Shown: positions 19,772 through 29,171, numbered from the stretch's first letter. The stretch is 62,355 nucleotides of DNA from an uncultured delta proteobacterium (GCA_963737905.1 CAVTUQ010000045.1:1-62355), one strand, 5' to 3'. The notes: generated by a model not told the origin, from the letters alone. Numbers and translations: made by a program.

Positions 19772-19929
19772 CTAGCTGGTTGCTTAAAAACTCTGTTTGC
19801 AGGCTGCTCAAAAAGACTCAGAGGCGAGGCGTGCGAGGGATCGACGAGCGGAGGCGTACTTAACCAGTACGTTGTAGCGAGGCGATCGAGCGCAACGAAG
19901 CATATGAGTTTTTTTCAGCAGCCTGCTAG
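19772..19929 (-). mobile_element. MITE/REP-like element, copy 2, bounded by CTAG on both sides
   Basis: GCAGGCTGCTCAAAAA (19799-19814) and TTTTTCAGCAGCCTGC (19911-19926); extra outer end CTAGCTGGTTGCTTAAAAA at 19772. The reverse complement aligns with 8552-8679. Confidence 0.78.
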
Positions 19930-21521
19930 TCGAAGACGGTCTGCGAGTAGGATGCAACGTCGATGAAAGCTTCAACGACACTGGGACCGTTGAGGCCAAG
20001 CGCCCAATCAAGGGCGGTGGAGAAATCTTCTGCGTTTTTGGCTGGCCGGCACGGCACGCCGAAGTAGTGCGGTGGAGACTCCACCGGCTTTCCTAGATAA
20101 ACCCCGGAAAGCGTGTAGTCCTTGCGTTCCTGCTTTACTTTCATGAGTCCCAGCCAACCATCATTGAGGACAATGGTCGGCACCGCAAGATTCAAGCGCC
20201 GCGCCAACGCCAATTCACCGACGGTCATTTGGAACCCGCCATCGCCCACAATCGCTACAACGCGGCGCTGTGGGAAGACCAGTTTAGCCGCGAACGCCGC
20301 CGGCATGCCGTAGCCCATGGAGGACCACCCATTGGTCGCCAATAGTGTTTTCGCGTGATCCGTGCGCCACTGCGCAGCGATCTGATGGGTGTGCGCGCCG
20401 ACATCATACGCCAGGATCCCATCGAGTGGAAGTTTTTCTCTGAGAATGTCCAACAGATCATGGGTCGAAAAACCGCCACCCTGTGGACGGAGCGATTGCT
20501 CTAATGTCTGCCGATGACGCCGCCATTCATCCTGATTCCATCCGTTGGCGAACGACGGCAGGTCTGCCATCGCCTCCATGGCCTGGTCAAGGTCGCAAGC
20601 TTTATTCCAGATCAGCGAAACCCCCTCGCTAATTTCCGCGGCTTCGGTGCTGATATGGATCACCGGCCGATTGACTGCCCACTCTTCGTAGTTGATTTCG
20701 ATGGGATCGTAACCGACCGCCAAGATGAGGTCCGCCTTATCTGTGAATGCTTTCACGTCAGTCCGCCGTGCACGACCAATAACGCCAGCCCAGTTCTGAT
20801 GGCTCTCCGGCAGAAAGCCCTTCCCGTGGAGGGTCGTAACGAATGGAATGTTTTGTCTTTCCAGGAATTGCAAAAGCGCTTTTGCATTTTTACTGCGGGT
20901 AAAGGTAAGGCCAGTAACGACTAAAGGTCTACGCGCGTCTTGCAGCGCGGCAGCGATCTTTTCTCCCAGTTCCGTCGAAAGATCGGGAATCTCAGGCGTC
21001 GGAATGGATCGGCGCCGGGTCTCGGTGGCCGCTGCCACCGCCACATCCTCAGGCAAATCGAGATGCACGGGTCCGGGCGGTTCGGTTACGGCAATGTTTA
21101 GTGCCGTCGCCAGGATGTCAGCGATGTCGCCATTTACGAAGGACAAACTGGCTTTGGTCAAGGGCTTAAACAATGTGTGGTGATCGATGCGCATCTGGAT
21201 GTGCCGCCCTAACCAGGGTGTTGCAACGTTACAAGTGATGGCAAGCGCCGGCGATCGATCCAACCAAGCGCAACCGACGCCGGTCGCAAGATTGGTAGCG
21301 CCCGGCCCGAGAGTGGATGCGCAAACGCCGGGTGTTTCCGTGAGGTAGCCCACCGTGGCCGCCATAAAACCCGCGGAGCTTTCGCTGGCCGTGAGGACGA
21401 ATTGAATCGAGCTTTGACGGAGCGATTCGATGAGTGGCAGCACCGGTCCACTGGGAACACCGAAGACCCAACATACCCCGGCTTCTTCTAGTATGCGCAC
21501 TAGAAGATCAGTGTTTTTCAT
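19926..21521 (-). CDS. Thiamine-pyrophosphate-dependent enzyme (acetolactate synthase-like family)
   Basis: VFGVP, E in ASESSAGF, TLGPGATNL, PPGPVHLDLP, SSMGYGMP, GDGGF...VLND TPP-binding motif. Confidence 0.9.
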   Translation of the reverse strand: MKNTDLLVRILEEAGVCWVFGVPSGPVLPLIESLRQSSIQFVLTASESSAGFMAATVGYLTETPGVCASTLGPGATNLATGVGCAWLDRSPALAITCNVATPWLGRHIQMRIDHHTLFKPLTKASLSFVNGDIADILATALNIAVTEPPGPVHLDLPEDVAVAAATETRRRSIPTPEIPDLSTELGEKIAAALQDARRPLVVTGLTFTRSKNAKALLQFLERQNIPFVTTLHGKGFLPESHQNWAGVIGRARRTDVKAFTDKADLILAVGYDPIEINYEEWAVNRPVIHISTEAAEISEGVSLIWNKACDLDQAMEAMADLPSFANGWNQDEWRRHRQTLEQSLRPQGGGFSTHDLLDILREKLPLDGILAYDVGAHTHQIAAQWRTDHAKTLLATNGWSSMGYGMPAAFAAKLVFPQRRVVAIVGDGGFQMTVGELALARRLNLAVPTIVLNDGWLGLMKVKQERKDYTLSGVYLGKPVESPPHYFGVPCRPAKNAEDFSTALDWALGLNGPSVVEAFIDVASYSQTVFD

Positions 21522-21527
21522 GCGTGA

Positions 21528-22334
21528 TTAAGTTCCGATCCGCACAGGATCCACGACATCTTGCACCGAGCGAATGATCGACAGAGCAGTCAATTTTCCG
21601 GTTTTTGGATTCTCGCTCGGAACATTCTCGATGTGAACATGAAGCCGGCCGAACTCCCCTTCGACTTCAATGTCATGGCAGTTGCGCTGGAGTCCGGGAA
21701 CGGCCAGGATGCGAATCCGCGTCTGGTCCGGCCCGATGCCGGCCAGGCTCACGGCAGCTGAAACGTTCACATTGGCCGGAAAGCCTTTGCACGCTTCGCG
21801 GGCGGTGCCGGAAAAAACTTCTTTCTCTTCCGTTAAACCAGCAAGCCCGATCCCCTTCTGCAGGAGATAGGGCGCGCCCTCGAGTCCTTTGGGCGGCTTG
21901 CGCGTCGTCATCGTCACATGTGTGATCTGACCGACACAGGCCGACTTGATGCCGTCCAGACCGGCAATGGCGCCGGAGGGTACGTATAGACGACAGCCGG
22001 TTTGTCGGGATTTTTCGATGATCTCGGGATAATCCAGCAGCGCACCGACGCTGATCACCATGAGATCTTTGCCCGCGGCGAAGACAGCCTCTGCCAGTCT
22101 CGGTACGACAGCGCCGCCGGCCGCCTCGACCACCAAATCAGAGGCAGCGATCAAATCTTGCAACGACAAATAAGGCGCGGGTCGCTCGAACGTCGACAGG
22201 AAGTTTTGCGCGCTTTTTTCGTTACGGCTGGTGACGCCGGCGATACGCACGGATAAGCGGCCGCTTTCCACCGCCTTGAGAAGCGCCCGCCCAATGGCGC
22301 CACAGCCGACAATGCCGATTGATTTCGTTGCCAT
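21528..22334 (-). CDS. nadX: L-aspartate dehydrogenase (NadX family)
   Basis: GCGAIG Rossmann motif, VVEAAG, SVGAL, PSGAIAGLD, TRKPP, FPANVNVSAA, NCH, ENPKT. Confidence 0.88.
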   Translation of the reverse strand: MATKSIGIVGCGAIGRALLKAVESGRLSVRIAGVTSRNEKSAQNFLSTFERPAPYLSLQDLIAASDLVVEAAGGAVVPRLAEAVFAAGKDLMVISVGALLDYPEIIEKSRQTGCRLYVPSGAIAGLDGIKSACVGQITHVTMTTRKPPKGLEGAPYLLQKGIGLAGLTEEKEVFSGTAREACKGFPANVNVSAAVSLAGIGPDQTRIRILAVPGLQRNCHDIEVEGEFGRLHVHIENVPSENPKTGKLTALSIIRSVQDVVDPVRIGT

Positions 22335-22385
22335 GATTGTGGATGCCTTTGCTAGCCGACTGTCAAGATTGCCTAACTATGGGTT

Positions 22386-22808
22386 TTAATTCGGCAGCAC
22401 TTTAATGTTGATGGTGGCGGAGAGGTCCTTGCCATAGGAACGATGGAGGCCGTCTGCGAACTGGAGCGTCAGTTTGTAATCGCCGGGAGGCAAGTCCAGA
22501 ACTGCTTCCGTCTGTCCTTTTCCGAAGTGTCTGTCGGCATCGTCCGTCGGAATTACTTGACCCGCAGGAATGAAGTCCTTGTTAATCAAAATATGATGAT
22601 GTCCTGTGCCTTCCACGACCTCGCCGGCCGGCTTGACTTCCATTCCCTCCACACCCATAACCACTTTGACGGGTCCTTTGATTTCGGCGCCGTCTTTTGG
22701 CTCCGAAAAGAATACCTTGCCCTTGGGTGCCTCTTTCTTCCCACAGCCAACGACTAATAGGGTCGTCATACAAATCACTGACAAACTTATTCGATATACG
22801 TTGCGCAT
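22386..22808 (-). CDS. DUF4399 family lipoprotein
   Basis: Start ATG 22808 after GGAGG; lipobox LVVGC; TGHHHILIN, HFGKGQTE, LTLQFADGLH. Confidence 0.85.
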   Translation of the reverse strand: MRNVYRISLSVICMTTLLVVGCGKKEAPKGKVFFSEPKDGAEIKGPVKVVMGVEGMEVKPAGEVVEGTGHHHILINKDFIPAGQVIPTDDADRHFGKGQTEAVLDLPPGDYKLTLQFADGLHRSYGKDLSATINIKVLPN

Positions 22809-23014
22809 TTCCTGACCTCCATGGGCTAGTATAGAAACCCCCGCTGAATCAAGATCATCCGCCGGAATGCCGGCCCCATCGCCAAGCCTTACATCAGGCG
22901 CGATGTCTTGGCAATGCTGGCGGATACTTTTTACTCGTCTGCGTGTCACGAACGGACTCTATCCCATGCGGGAGGTCATCAAGCTGCAATCAGTCCACGC
23001 CCCGGACTCAATAG

Positions 23015-23431
23015 CTACATTTTATAGAGCATCCAGTAAACAACAACTCCGGTGACGGAAACGTAAAGCCAGATGGGAAACGTCCACCGAGCCATGCGCC
23101 GATGGGCGGCGAATCTTTGTTTGAGCGCCCGTCTTAACGTGATGAGCGCGAGCGGAACGACCGCCACTGCCAGCATCGTATGCGTGAGGAGAATCGCGAA
23201 ATAAACCGTGCGAATCCAACCCAGGCCTTTAAACGGCACGGACCCGACTTGGTAGTGGTAGACGAGATAAGAAATCAAAAAAAGACTCGAGCTGCTGAAG
23301 GCCGAAAGCATGCACGCTTTGTGCGCCTTGATGTTTTTAAACTTGATGAAAAGAAATCCGAGAATCAAAAACGCGGCGCTGACGGAATTCAGCGTCGCGT
23401 TAACGGCGGGTAACTGAGAAACTTCGATCAA
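23015..23431 (-). CDS. DUF420 family membrane protein
   Basis: LPAVNATLN, AHKACM, FLISYLVYH, ILLTHT, HRRMARWTFPIWLYVSVTGVVVY. Confidence 0.9.
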   Translation of the reverse strand: MIEVSQLPAVNATLNSVSAAFLILGFLFIKFKNIKAHKACMLSAFSSSSLFLISYLVYHYQVGSVPFKGLGWIRTVYFAILLTHTMLAVAVVPLALITLRRALKQRFAAHRRMARWTFPIWLYVSVTGVVVYWMLYKM

Positions 23432-23706
23432 TGGGGATAGATGTCGGGCATCAACATCAATATGAGGAAAACACAGAGCACAAACGGGCTCAGCGCGACC
23501 AGCCCCAAAGTGCGCGTCTCAAACTTGAGGTGCATGAAGTAGAGCGCCACCAATGCCGCTTTGGTGATTGCCAAGACCACGAGAAGGGCCAGGATCGCCA
23601 TCCTGTGAACCGGCATATAAATAACCCCGAGCTCGATAACGGTCAAAATCGCCAGCCACCAGAAGACGGCCATGTAGTTGGGTTCCTTGTGCGTCGTATC
23701 TGTCAT
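23428..23706 (-). CDS. ctaF: Cytochrome c oxidase subunit IV (CtaF/COX4_pro)
   Basis: Start ATG 23706; LAILTVIE, KAALVALYFMHLKFE; overlaps the DUF420 start (ATGA). Confidence 0.88.
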   Translation of the reverse strand: MTDTTHKEPNYMAVFWWLAILTVIELGVIYMPVHRMAILALLVVLAITKAALVALYFMHLKFETRTLGLVALSPFVLCVFLILMLMPDIYPH

Positions 23707-23729
23707 CACAGAGCTCCTATCCCTTGGCG

Positions 23730-24338
23730 CTAGACCAGGTATACGAAAGTAAAGATCAGTATCCAGACCAGATCGACGAAATGCCAGTAGAGGCCGGCGA
23801 TCTCCACATGTTTTGCTTGATAGCGGCCGCGGGACACCGCTGCTAAAACGCAACTGTTATAGATAACGCCTCCGGTCACATGCATGCCGTGGAAACCGGT
23901 CAGAACAAAAAACGTCGTGGCGAATAGATCTTTGCCGAACGCGAGATTATGATGAGGCAGCACTTCTGTAATCAAATGGTGCCACTCGAAGGCCTGACAC
24001 CCCAAGAATACCAGTCCGCCCAAAATCGTCAGTCCCAGAAACTTTCTGAACCGCGGCTTGTCGCCTTGCTGGATCGCCGACAGGGAAAGTACCATCCAAA
24101 TGCTGCTGACGATCAGCAGGAAGGTCATGAACGCGGTTAAATTAATACCCAATACCGCAGACGGCACCGGCCAATTCTCGCTCGCGTGGCGCAGGATGCC
24201 GTAGCCGACGATCAAGCAGCCGAAGGTCATGGCATCGGCGGCCAGAAAGAGCCACATTCCAAGTTTGCCCCAACTCTCAGGGGTCAGGGGAGATTCTTGA
24301 GGCTCCACTCCCACGTGTATTGCAGCCGCTTCACTCAT
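23730..24338 (-). CDS. ctaE: Heme-copper oxidase subunit III (copy B)
   Basis: Start ATG 24338; KLGMWLFLAAD, TFLLIVSS, FFVLTGFHGMHV, GLYWHFVDLVW. Confidence 0.9.
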   Translation of the reverse strand: MSEAAAIHVGVEPQESPLTPESWGKLGMWLFLAADAMTFGCLIVGYGILRHASENWPVPSAVLGINLTAFMTFLLIVSSIWMVLSLSAIQQGDKPRFRKFLGLTILGGLVFLGCQAFEWHHLITEVLPHHNLAFGKDLFATTFFVLTGFHGMHVTGGVIYNSCVLAAVSRGRYQAKHVEIAGLYWHFVDLVWILIFTFVYLV

Positions 24339-24622
24339 CGTCCACTCTCCTCCGGGTTCAGAGCCAAATGACCTAGGGGTTGGGTCGCCGCATCGCTTTC
24401 TCGCTTTGCCGCCGAACGCCGATAGGCGTAAACCAGACAACCCGCGATGGAACCAACGACCGCGTAAGGGGTAGCCATGAGAAAGAGCACGCTCCAGTTG
24501 AAAGCCTCTTCTATCGGACCACCGTCGCCCGCCCAGCAGACGGCGCAAGCGTTAGCGATAGCTGGACTGTACGCGAGCACCGCAGAAAAACTTAGCAAAC
24601 CAAACAAGATTTTTAGCCTCAT
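24335..24622 (-). CDS. Small exported/membrane protein with CxxC immediately after the signal peptide
   Basis: Signal peptide ending ANA, then CAVC and one TM helix; coupled to the next gene by an ATGA overlap. Confidence 0.7.
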   Translation of the reverse strand: MRLKILFGLLSFSAVLAYSPAIANACAVCWAGDGGPIEEAFNWSVLFLMATPYAVVGSIAGCLVYAYRRSAAKRESDAATQPLGHLALNPEESGR

Positions 24623-24677
24623 AAAACGTCCTAGTCGAAAAAGTATCGTAACGTTTCTTGGGTGTCAACCAAAAGCG

Positions 24678-25343
24678 TTAAAGGAGATAGACCAGACCGT
24701 AAAGCACCGGCCACAAAGCTACAACAAACGTCCAGTAGAGACCGCAGGTCTGCAGACCGACATGGCGTTCCTTCGAAAATCGCCCTCTCTCTGCGAGTAC
24801 GAAAACTATCAAAAGCCAGGTCAATGCGCCGACAACATGGAGCCCGTGAAAGCCAATCAGCGTGTAGAAGAGTCCACCATACACACTGCTGGAAAGCGTC
24901 AAACCGAAATGGAACAGTCGAACCCATTCATAGCCCTGAACCGCAAGAAAAATTCCACCTAGAATCGCCGTGAGTCCGAGCAAACGCATCAGCCTTTTTC
25001 GATCGCTCACGAGCACCGCTTTCACGGCGCGGCGCATCGTCACCGCGCTGGCAATCAAAATCAATGTGTTGACCCCGGTCACACCTATCGGAAGACGCGG
25101 TTGAAAAGGGGGCGGCCAAATCGGCGCACTCACACGAAAAATAATATAGGCGCCGATGAGCCCGGCAAAGAACATCGCCTCCGCGCCGAGAAACACAATA
25201 ACGGCAACCCAAGCGTTGCTGCCGATGGTAACCTGGGGCCGCACCGGCGGCGTTGGCGGTTCACCACCGCCAAAGGTCGGTTGTTTCGCTTCACCGGGCG
25301 GGTGCGCTTCATCGAGCCGCTGTGCTGTTGAACTTCGGGCCAT
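24678..25343 (-). CDS. ctaE: Heme-copper oxidase subunit III (copy A)
   Basis: FLGAEAMFFAGL, NTLILIAS, QGYEW, FYTLIGFHGLHV, LYWTFV. Confidence 0.88.
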   Translation of the reverse strand: MARSSTAQRLDEAHPPGEAKQPTFGGGEPPTPPVRPQVTIGSNAWVAVIVFLGAEAMFFAGLIGAYIIFRVSAPIWPPPFQPRLPIGVTGVNTLILIASAVTMRRAVKAVLVSDRKRLMRLLGLTAILGGIFLAVQGYEWVRLFHFGLTLSSSVYGGLFYTLIGFHGLHVVGALTWLLIVFVLAERGRFSKERHVGLQTCGLYWTFVVALWPVLYGLVYLL

Positions 25344-25367
25344 TGAACTTGCTTCTCGAACAATCTC

Positions 25368-25493
25368 TCAATAGATAATGATGAACACAATCACTGCCGC
25401 AATATAGAGCAAGATCAGCAAAGCCAAAATCAAACCCAGGCGCCGGTTTTTAAGCTGCGTACCCTCGGGCTGTTTCAACACGAGCTCACTCAT
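25368..25493 (-). CDS. 41-aa single-TM membrane protein (CoxF-like); not in the ORF track
   Basis: Translated by hand: MSELVLKQPEGTQLKNRRLGLILALLILLYIAAVIVFIIIY*. Its ATG overlaps the ctaB stop (ATGA). Confidence 0.7.
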   Translation of the reverse strand: MSELVLKQPEGTQLKNRRLGLILALLILLYIAAVIVFIIIY

Positions 25494-26395
25494 AGCGGAA
25501 CGCGATCCAGCGCCATCATCAAGAGCAACACCGGCAAATAGATCAACGAGGCAAACAGCAGCCGGCGGGCGCCATGGGTCGTTGATTCCATAGCCAAACC
25601 GATTCCGCTGGCCAGGAACCCAATGCCGAGCACGAATGCCGTGACAAAATAGATAGCCCCGGCAAATCCAAGCAACGTCGGCAACAAGCTCACCGCGAGC
25701 AAAGCGGCAGAGTGGCTTATGACCTGGCGATGGGTACTCGCCCCATCGGGCTCGATCACTGGAAGAAATTGGATTCCCGCCTTGGCAAAATCATCTCGGT
25801 ACAGTCGAGCGATGGCCAAAGTGTGCGGCACCTGCCATAGGAACATGATGGCGAAAAGCACCCAGGCATCGACTTGCAAGCTGCCTGTAGCGGCTACCCA
25901 ACCGATCACCGGCGGGAGGGCCCCCGGGACAGCGCCAACGAGCATGCAAAGAGAGCTCCGGCGCTTCATTGGCGTATAGCAGAGCAGATAACTCACCGTG
26001 ATCAAGGCGGTCACCCATGCGCTCTCAATGTTTACCGCCAGAGCCAGATAGGCGAGCCCCGCGATTGTGATCGCGGTTCCAAACCAGACAGCCTCGCGTG
26101 GTTGCACCCGTCCATCGGGTAGTGGACGGCGCCGCGTTCGTTCCATCATAGCGTCTGTGTCGCGTTCGAGAAACTGATTGAGTGCAAGCGTTCCCCCTGC
26201 CGCCAGCGCTGTTCCAAGCAACGTTTGCAGCAGGCGAAGATAGTCAGGAATTTTCTCCGAGCCGACGTAAAACCCTACAAGGGTCGTCACCAGCACCATA
26301 AAAACAATGCGGGGTTTCGTCAGCTCAAATAGATCCGTGAGCCGGCGCAGAGCACTCGCCCCAATGACATCCACCGTATCGGTAGTCAAACTCAT
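25490..26395 (-). CDS. ctaB: Protoheme IX farnesyltransferase (heme O synthase)
   Basis: Start ATG 26395 overlaps the ctaA stop; LTKPRI, NQFLERDTDAMMERTRRRPLP, YTPMKR, GAVPGALPP, FLWQVPH. Confidence 0.93.
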   Translation of the reverse strand: MSLTTDTVDVIGASALRRLTDLFELTKPRIVFMVLVTTLVGFYVGSEKIPDYLRLLQTLLGTALAAGGTLALNQFLERDTDAMMERTRRRPLPDGRVQPREAVWFGTAITIAGLAYLALAVNIESAWVTALITVSYLLCYTPMKRRSSLCMLVGAVPGALPPVIGWVAATGSLQVDAWVLFAIMFLWQVPHTLAIARLYRDDFAKAGIQFLPVIEPDGASTHRQVISHSAALLAVSLLPTLLGFAGAIYFVTAFVLGIGFLASGIGLAMESTTHGARRLLFASLIYLPVLLLMMALDRVPL

Positions 26396-27351
26396 CCAGA
26401 CAACTGCTCCGTTAAAACTTTTGGATCGATCGAAAACCGTGGCCTTGACGTTGCGAAAAAGCGGTACACCCGCAACGTCAACAGCAAGCTCGTCGCCAGC
26501 ATCAGCGCGCCCACCACCAAATGCGTGGTCGCTAAAATGACCAGAGTCCCATTCGCGAGCCTGAGCATCGACGTGAACTTTCCGAAATAAGATCCAACAC
26601 CGAGCGTAAGTTGTAGGAGTAAAAGAGCTCCGAGAAGAAACGCCGGCCATGTCAACGTTGGAAGATTCCGGTGAAACCTCATCACTCGAAGGAGAATAAA
26701 GATGACGTGAATGGTCACCACCACCGCAAAAAATAAATGGGCGTCAACTCTTTCCCCCGTGTGTCTAACCACGGCGCCAAAAATAGCTTGAAGGTAGATC
26801 AAACCCGTTGTCGCGGCGCAAAGCCTGCGCAGTCGGCCGTCATCGATGCCAAGTTTGTCTTTCGGTTCGCCGGTCCATTCCGCGGACGTGAAAATAGCTA
26901 GACTGACCGTCAGAGCAAAAAACGCTTGGGCAAATGCTGCATGAACAATCGCCAGCGTGTGCTCGAGCAAGACGACGCGCAACCCGCCAATGACACCTTG
27001 GAGAATAACTAACAGCAGCGCCGCGACTCCGAGTCGTCGCAGCCAAGGTCGCCGCTCCTGGAGCCAAAACGCCAAGGTCAACGCAACCGTCAACAAACCG
27101 ACGGCGGACGCGACCAAACGATGGCTGTGCTCGTAAAAAATATTTCCGACCATTTTGGACCATGGGTAAAGAAACATGTTGTACCCAAAGGTCGTCGGCC
27201 AGTCCGGTACGGCGAGGCCCGCACCCTTGCTGGTAACCAGGCCGCCGATAAAAAGCAGAGGGAAGGTCGCCCAAACGAGGACGACGGCGAGTCGATGGGG
27301 CCAAACACTCGCGTCCCCCGGACTGGGCTCGAAACCGGTGTCAACAGACAT
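26392..27351 (-). CDS. ctaA: Heme A synthase (COX15/CtaA family)
   Basis: GGLVTSKGAGLAVPDWP, EHSHRL, QGVIGG.RV, conserved His residues in IVHA, RHTG, DAH and TTHL. Confidence 0.88.
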   Translation of the reverse strand: MSVDTGFEPSPGDASVWPHRLAVVLVWATFPLLFIGGLVTSKGAGLAVPDWPTTFGYNMFLYPWSKMVGNIFYEHSHRLVASAVGLLTVALTLAFWLQERRPWLRRLGVAALLLVILQGVIGGLRVVLLEHTLAIVHAAFAQAFFALTVSLAIFTSAEWTGEPKDKLGIDDGRLRRLCAATTGLIYLQAIFGAVVRHTGERVDAHLFFAVVVTIHVIFILLRVMRFHRNLPTLTWPAFLLGALLLLQLTLGVGSYFGKFTSMLRLANGTLVILATTHLVVGALMLATSLLLTLRVYRFFATSRPRFSIDPKVLTEQLSG

Positions 27352-27360
27352 GGACGTGCT

Positions 27361-29115
27361 CTAATGGGCGCGAGCCGCGGCTCCGGCACCGAGTTGCTTA
27401 TCCTGCGGCAACCAATCCTCCTTCACTTCGGGCGAGCTATATTCATAGGGGCCGCGGTACACCACAGGTTGGACCTCGAAGTTCCCGTGTGGCGGTGGTG
27501 AAGCTGCAACCCATTCGAGAGTGTTCGCTTGCCACGGATTCCTTTCGGCCTTCTTTCCAGCGAACAGGCTCCAGAAGAAGTTATAGAGGAAAAAAATCTG
27601 CGAGGCTCCGAGGATTAACGCACTGACGGTAATAAAAACATTCCAGTGCTGCATCGGCATGAGAAATTCATACTGAGTTGGGTTATAAATCCGCCGCATA
27701 TGACCGGCAACTCCTAGAAAGTGCATCGGGAAAAAGGCGCCGTTAAAAAAAATGTAAGTCAACACGAAATGAATCTTGCCCAACCCCTCATTCATCGTCC
27801 GGCCAAACATCTTGGGGAACCAATAATAGACCGCAGCGAACAACGCGAAGATGATCCCTGCGACAACGTAATGAAAATGGGCAACAATGAAATAAGTGTC
27901 ATGGATATAGATATCGACCGGCGTCGAGGCCATGAAGATCCCGCTGAGACCGCCTATGATAAAATTCGAAACGAATCCCAGGGCAAAAAGCATCGGCGTG
28001 GTGAAACGTATGTTCCCGCCCCAGAGAGTGCCGAGCCAATTGAACGTTTTGATAGCCGACGGAACGGCGATAACCATGGTCGTCATCATGAAGGCCGTCC
28101 CGAGCAGCGGATTCATGCCGCTCACGAACATATGATGGCCCCAAACGATCCAGGACAGAAAGGCGATGGCGATCATGGAAAAAGCCATAGCGTGATAGCC
28201 GAAGATCGGTTTGCGCGAAAAAGTTGAAAGCAGTTCAGAAGTGACTCCCATGGCCGGAAGCACTAAAATATAAACCTCCGGATGGCCAAAGAACCAAAAC
28301 ATGTGCTGCCAGAGCAGCGGCTCCCCTCCACCTTCCGGCAAAAAGAAGCTGGTTCCGAGCGTGCGGTCGAAGAGCAACATCGCCAAAGCCGCCGTCAACA
28401 CCGGCAGCGCGAGCAGTAACAGAATGGCGGTAATAAAGAGCGACCAGACCATCAGCGGCATGCGAAAATAGCTCATGCCCGGCGCTCTCATATTGACGAT
28501 GGTGGTAATGTAGTTGATGGAGCCCATCAGAGACGAGATACCAAGAATCATCAAACTTATGATCCAGAGATCTTGCCCCCAATCCACACCCGTATATTGG
28601 GCTCTGGCCGAAAGCGGCGCATAAGCTGTCCAGCCCGAGGCTGCTGGCCCGCCAGGAACGAGGAAGTTCGCGAGCATCACCACTCCGGCGACCGCCCCCA
28701 CCCAAAAGGAAAGCATGTTCAACTTCGGAAACGCCATATCGCGCGTCCCAATCATCAATGGGATTAAAAAGTTGCCGAAACAGCCGACCATAATCGGCAT
28801 GACCACAAAAAAGATCATGATGGTCGCGTGCATGGTAAAAAGGGCGTTGTACGTTTGCGGCGGAATAATCCCGCCATACATATACGGCTCAGGAATCCAA
28901 TTGAAACCAGGAACGGCGCTCTCGGGCCACGCCAGCTCCCAGCGGATCATCATCGCCAGCGTTCCTCCAATCAACAACATAAAGAGTCCCAAGAATAGGA
29001 ACTGGCGACCGATCATTTTGTGATCGGTCGAAAACACATAGGTGCGAAAAAACCCGAGTTCTTCATGGTGGGCATGAGCCGCATGCGCTAGGTCAGCCGC
29101 TACAGTATCGCTCAT
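27361..29115 (-). CDS. ctaD: Cytochrome c oxidase subunit I, type A1
   Basis: TDHK, TMHATIMIF, FWFFGHPEVY (A1 signature), WGHHMF, VAHFHY, MRRIY. Confidence 0.96.
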   Translation of the reverse strand: MSDTVAADLAHAAHAHHEELGFFRTYVFSTDHKMIGRQFLFLGLFMLLIGGTLAMMIRWELAWPESAVPGFNWIPEPYMYGGIIPPQTYNALFTMHATIMIFFVVMPIMVGCFGNFLIPLMIGTRDMAFPKLNMLSFWVGAVAGVVMLANFLVPGGPAASGWTAYAPLSARAQYTGVDWGQDLWIISLMILGISSLMGSINYITTIVNMRAPGMSYFRMPLMVWSLFITAILLLLALPVLTAALAMLLFDRTLGTSFFLPEGGGEPLLWQHMFWFFGHPEVYILVLPAMGVTSELLSTFSRKPIFGYHAMAFSMIAIAFLSWIVWGHHMFVSGMNPLLGTAFMMTTMVIAVPSAIKTFNWLGTLWGGNIRFTTPMLFALGFVSNFIIGGLSGIFMASTPVDIYIHDTYFIVAHFHYVVAGIIFALFAAVYYWFPKMFGRTMNEGLGKIHFVLTYIFFNGAFFPMHFLGVAGHMRRIYNPTQYEFLMPMQHWNVFITVSALILGASQIFFLYNFFWSLFAGKKAERNPWQANTLEWVAASPPPHGNFEVQPVVYRGPYEYSSPEVKEDWLPQDKQLGAGAAARAH

Positions 29116-29171
29116 CGTTCAGAATCCTCCGTTACTATGCTTGGATGATTTCGCTAAAAGAATGGGATTTC

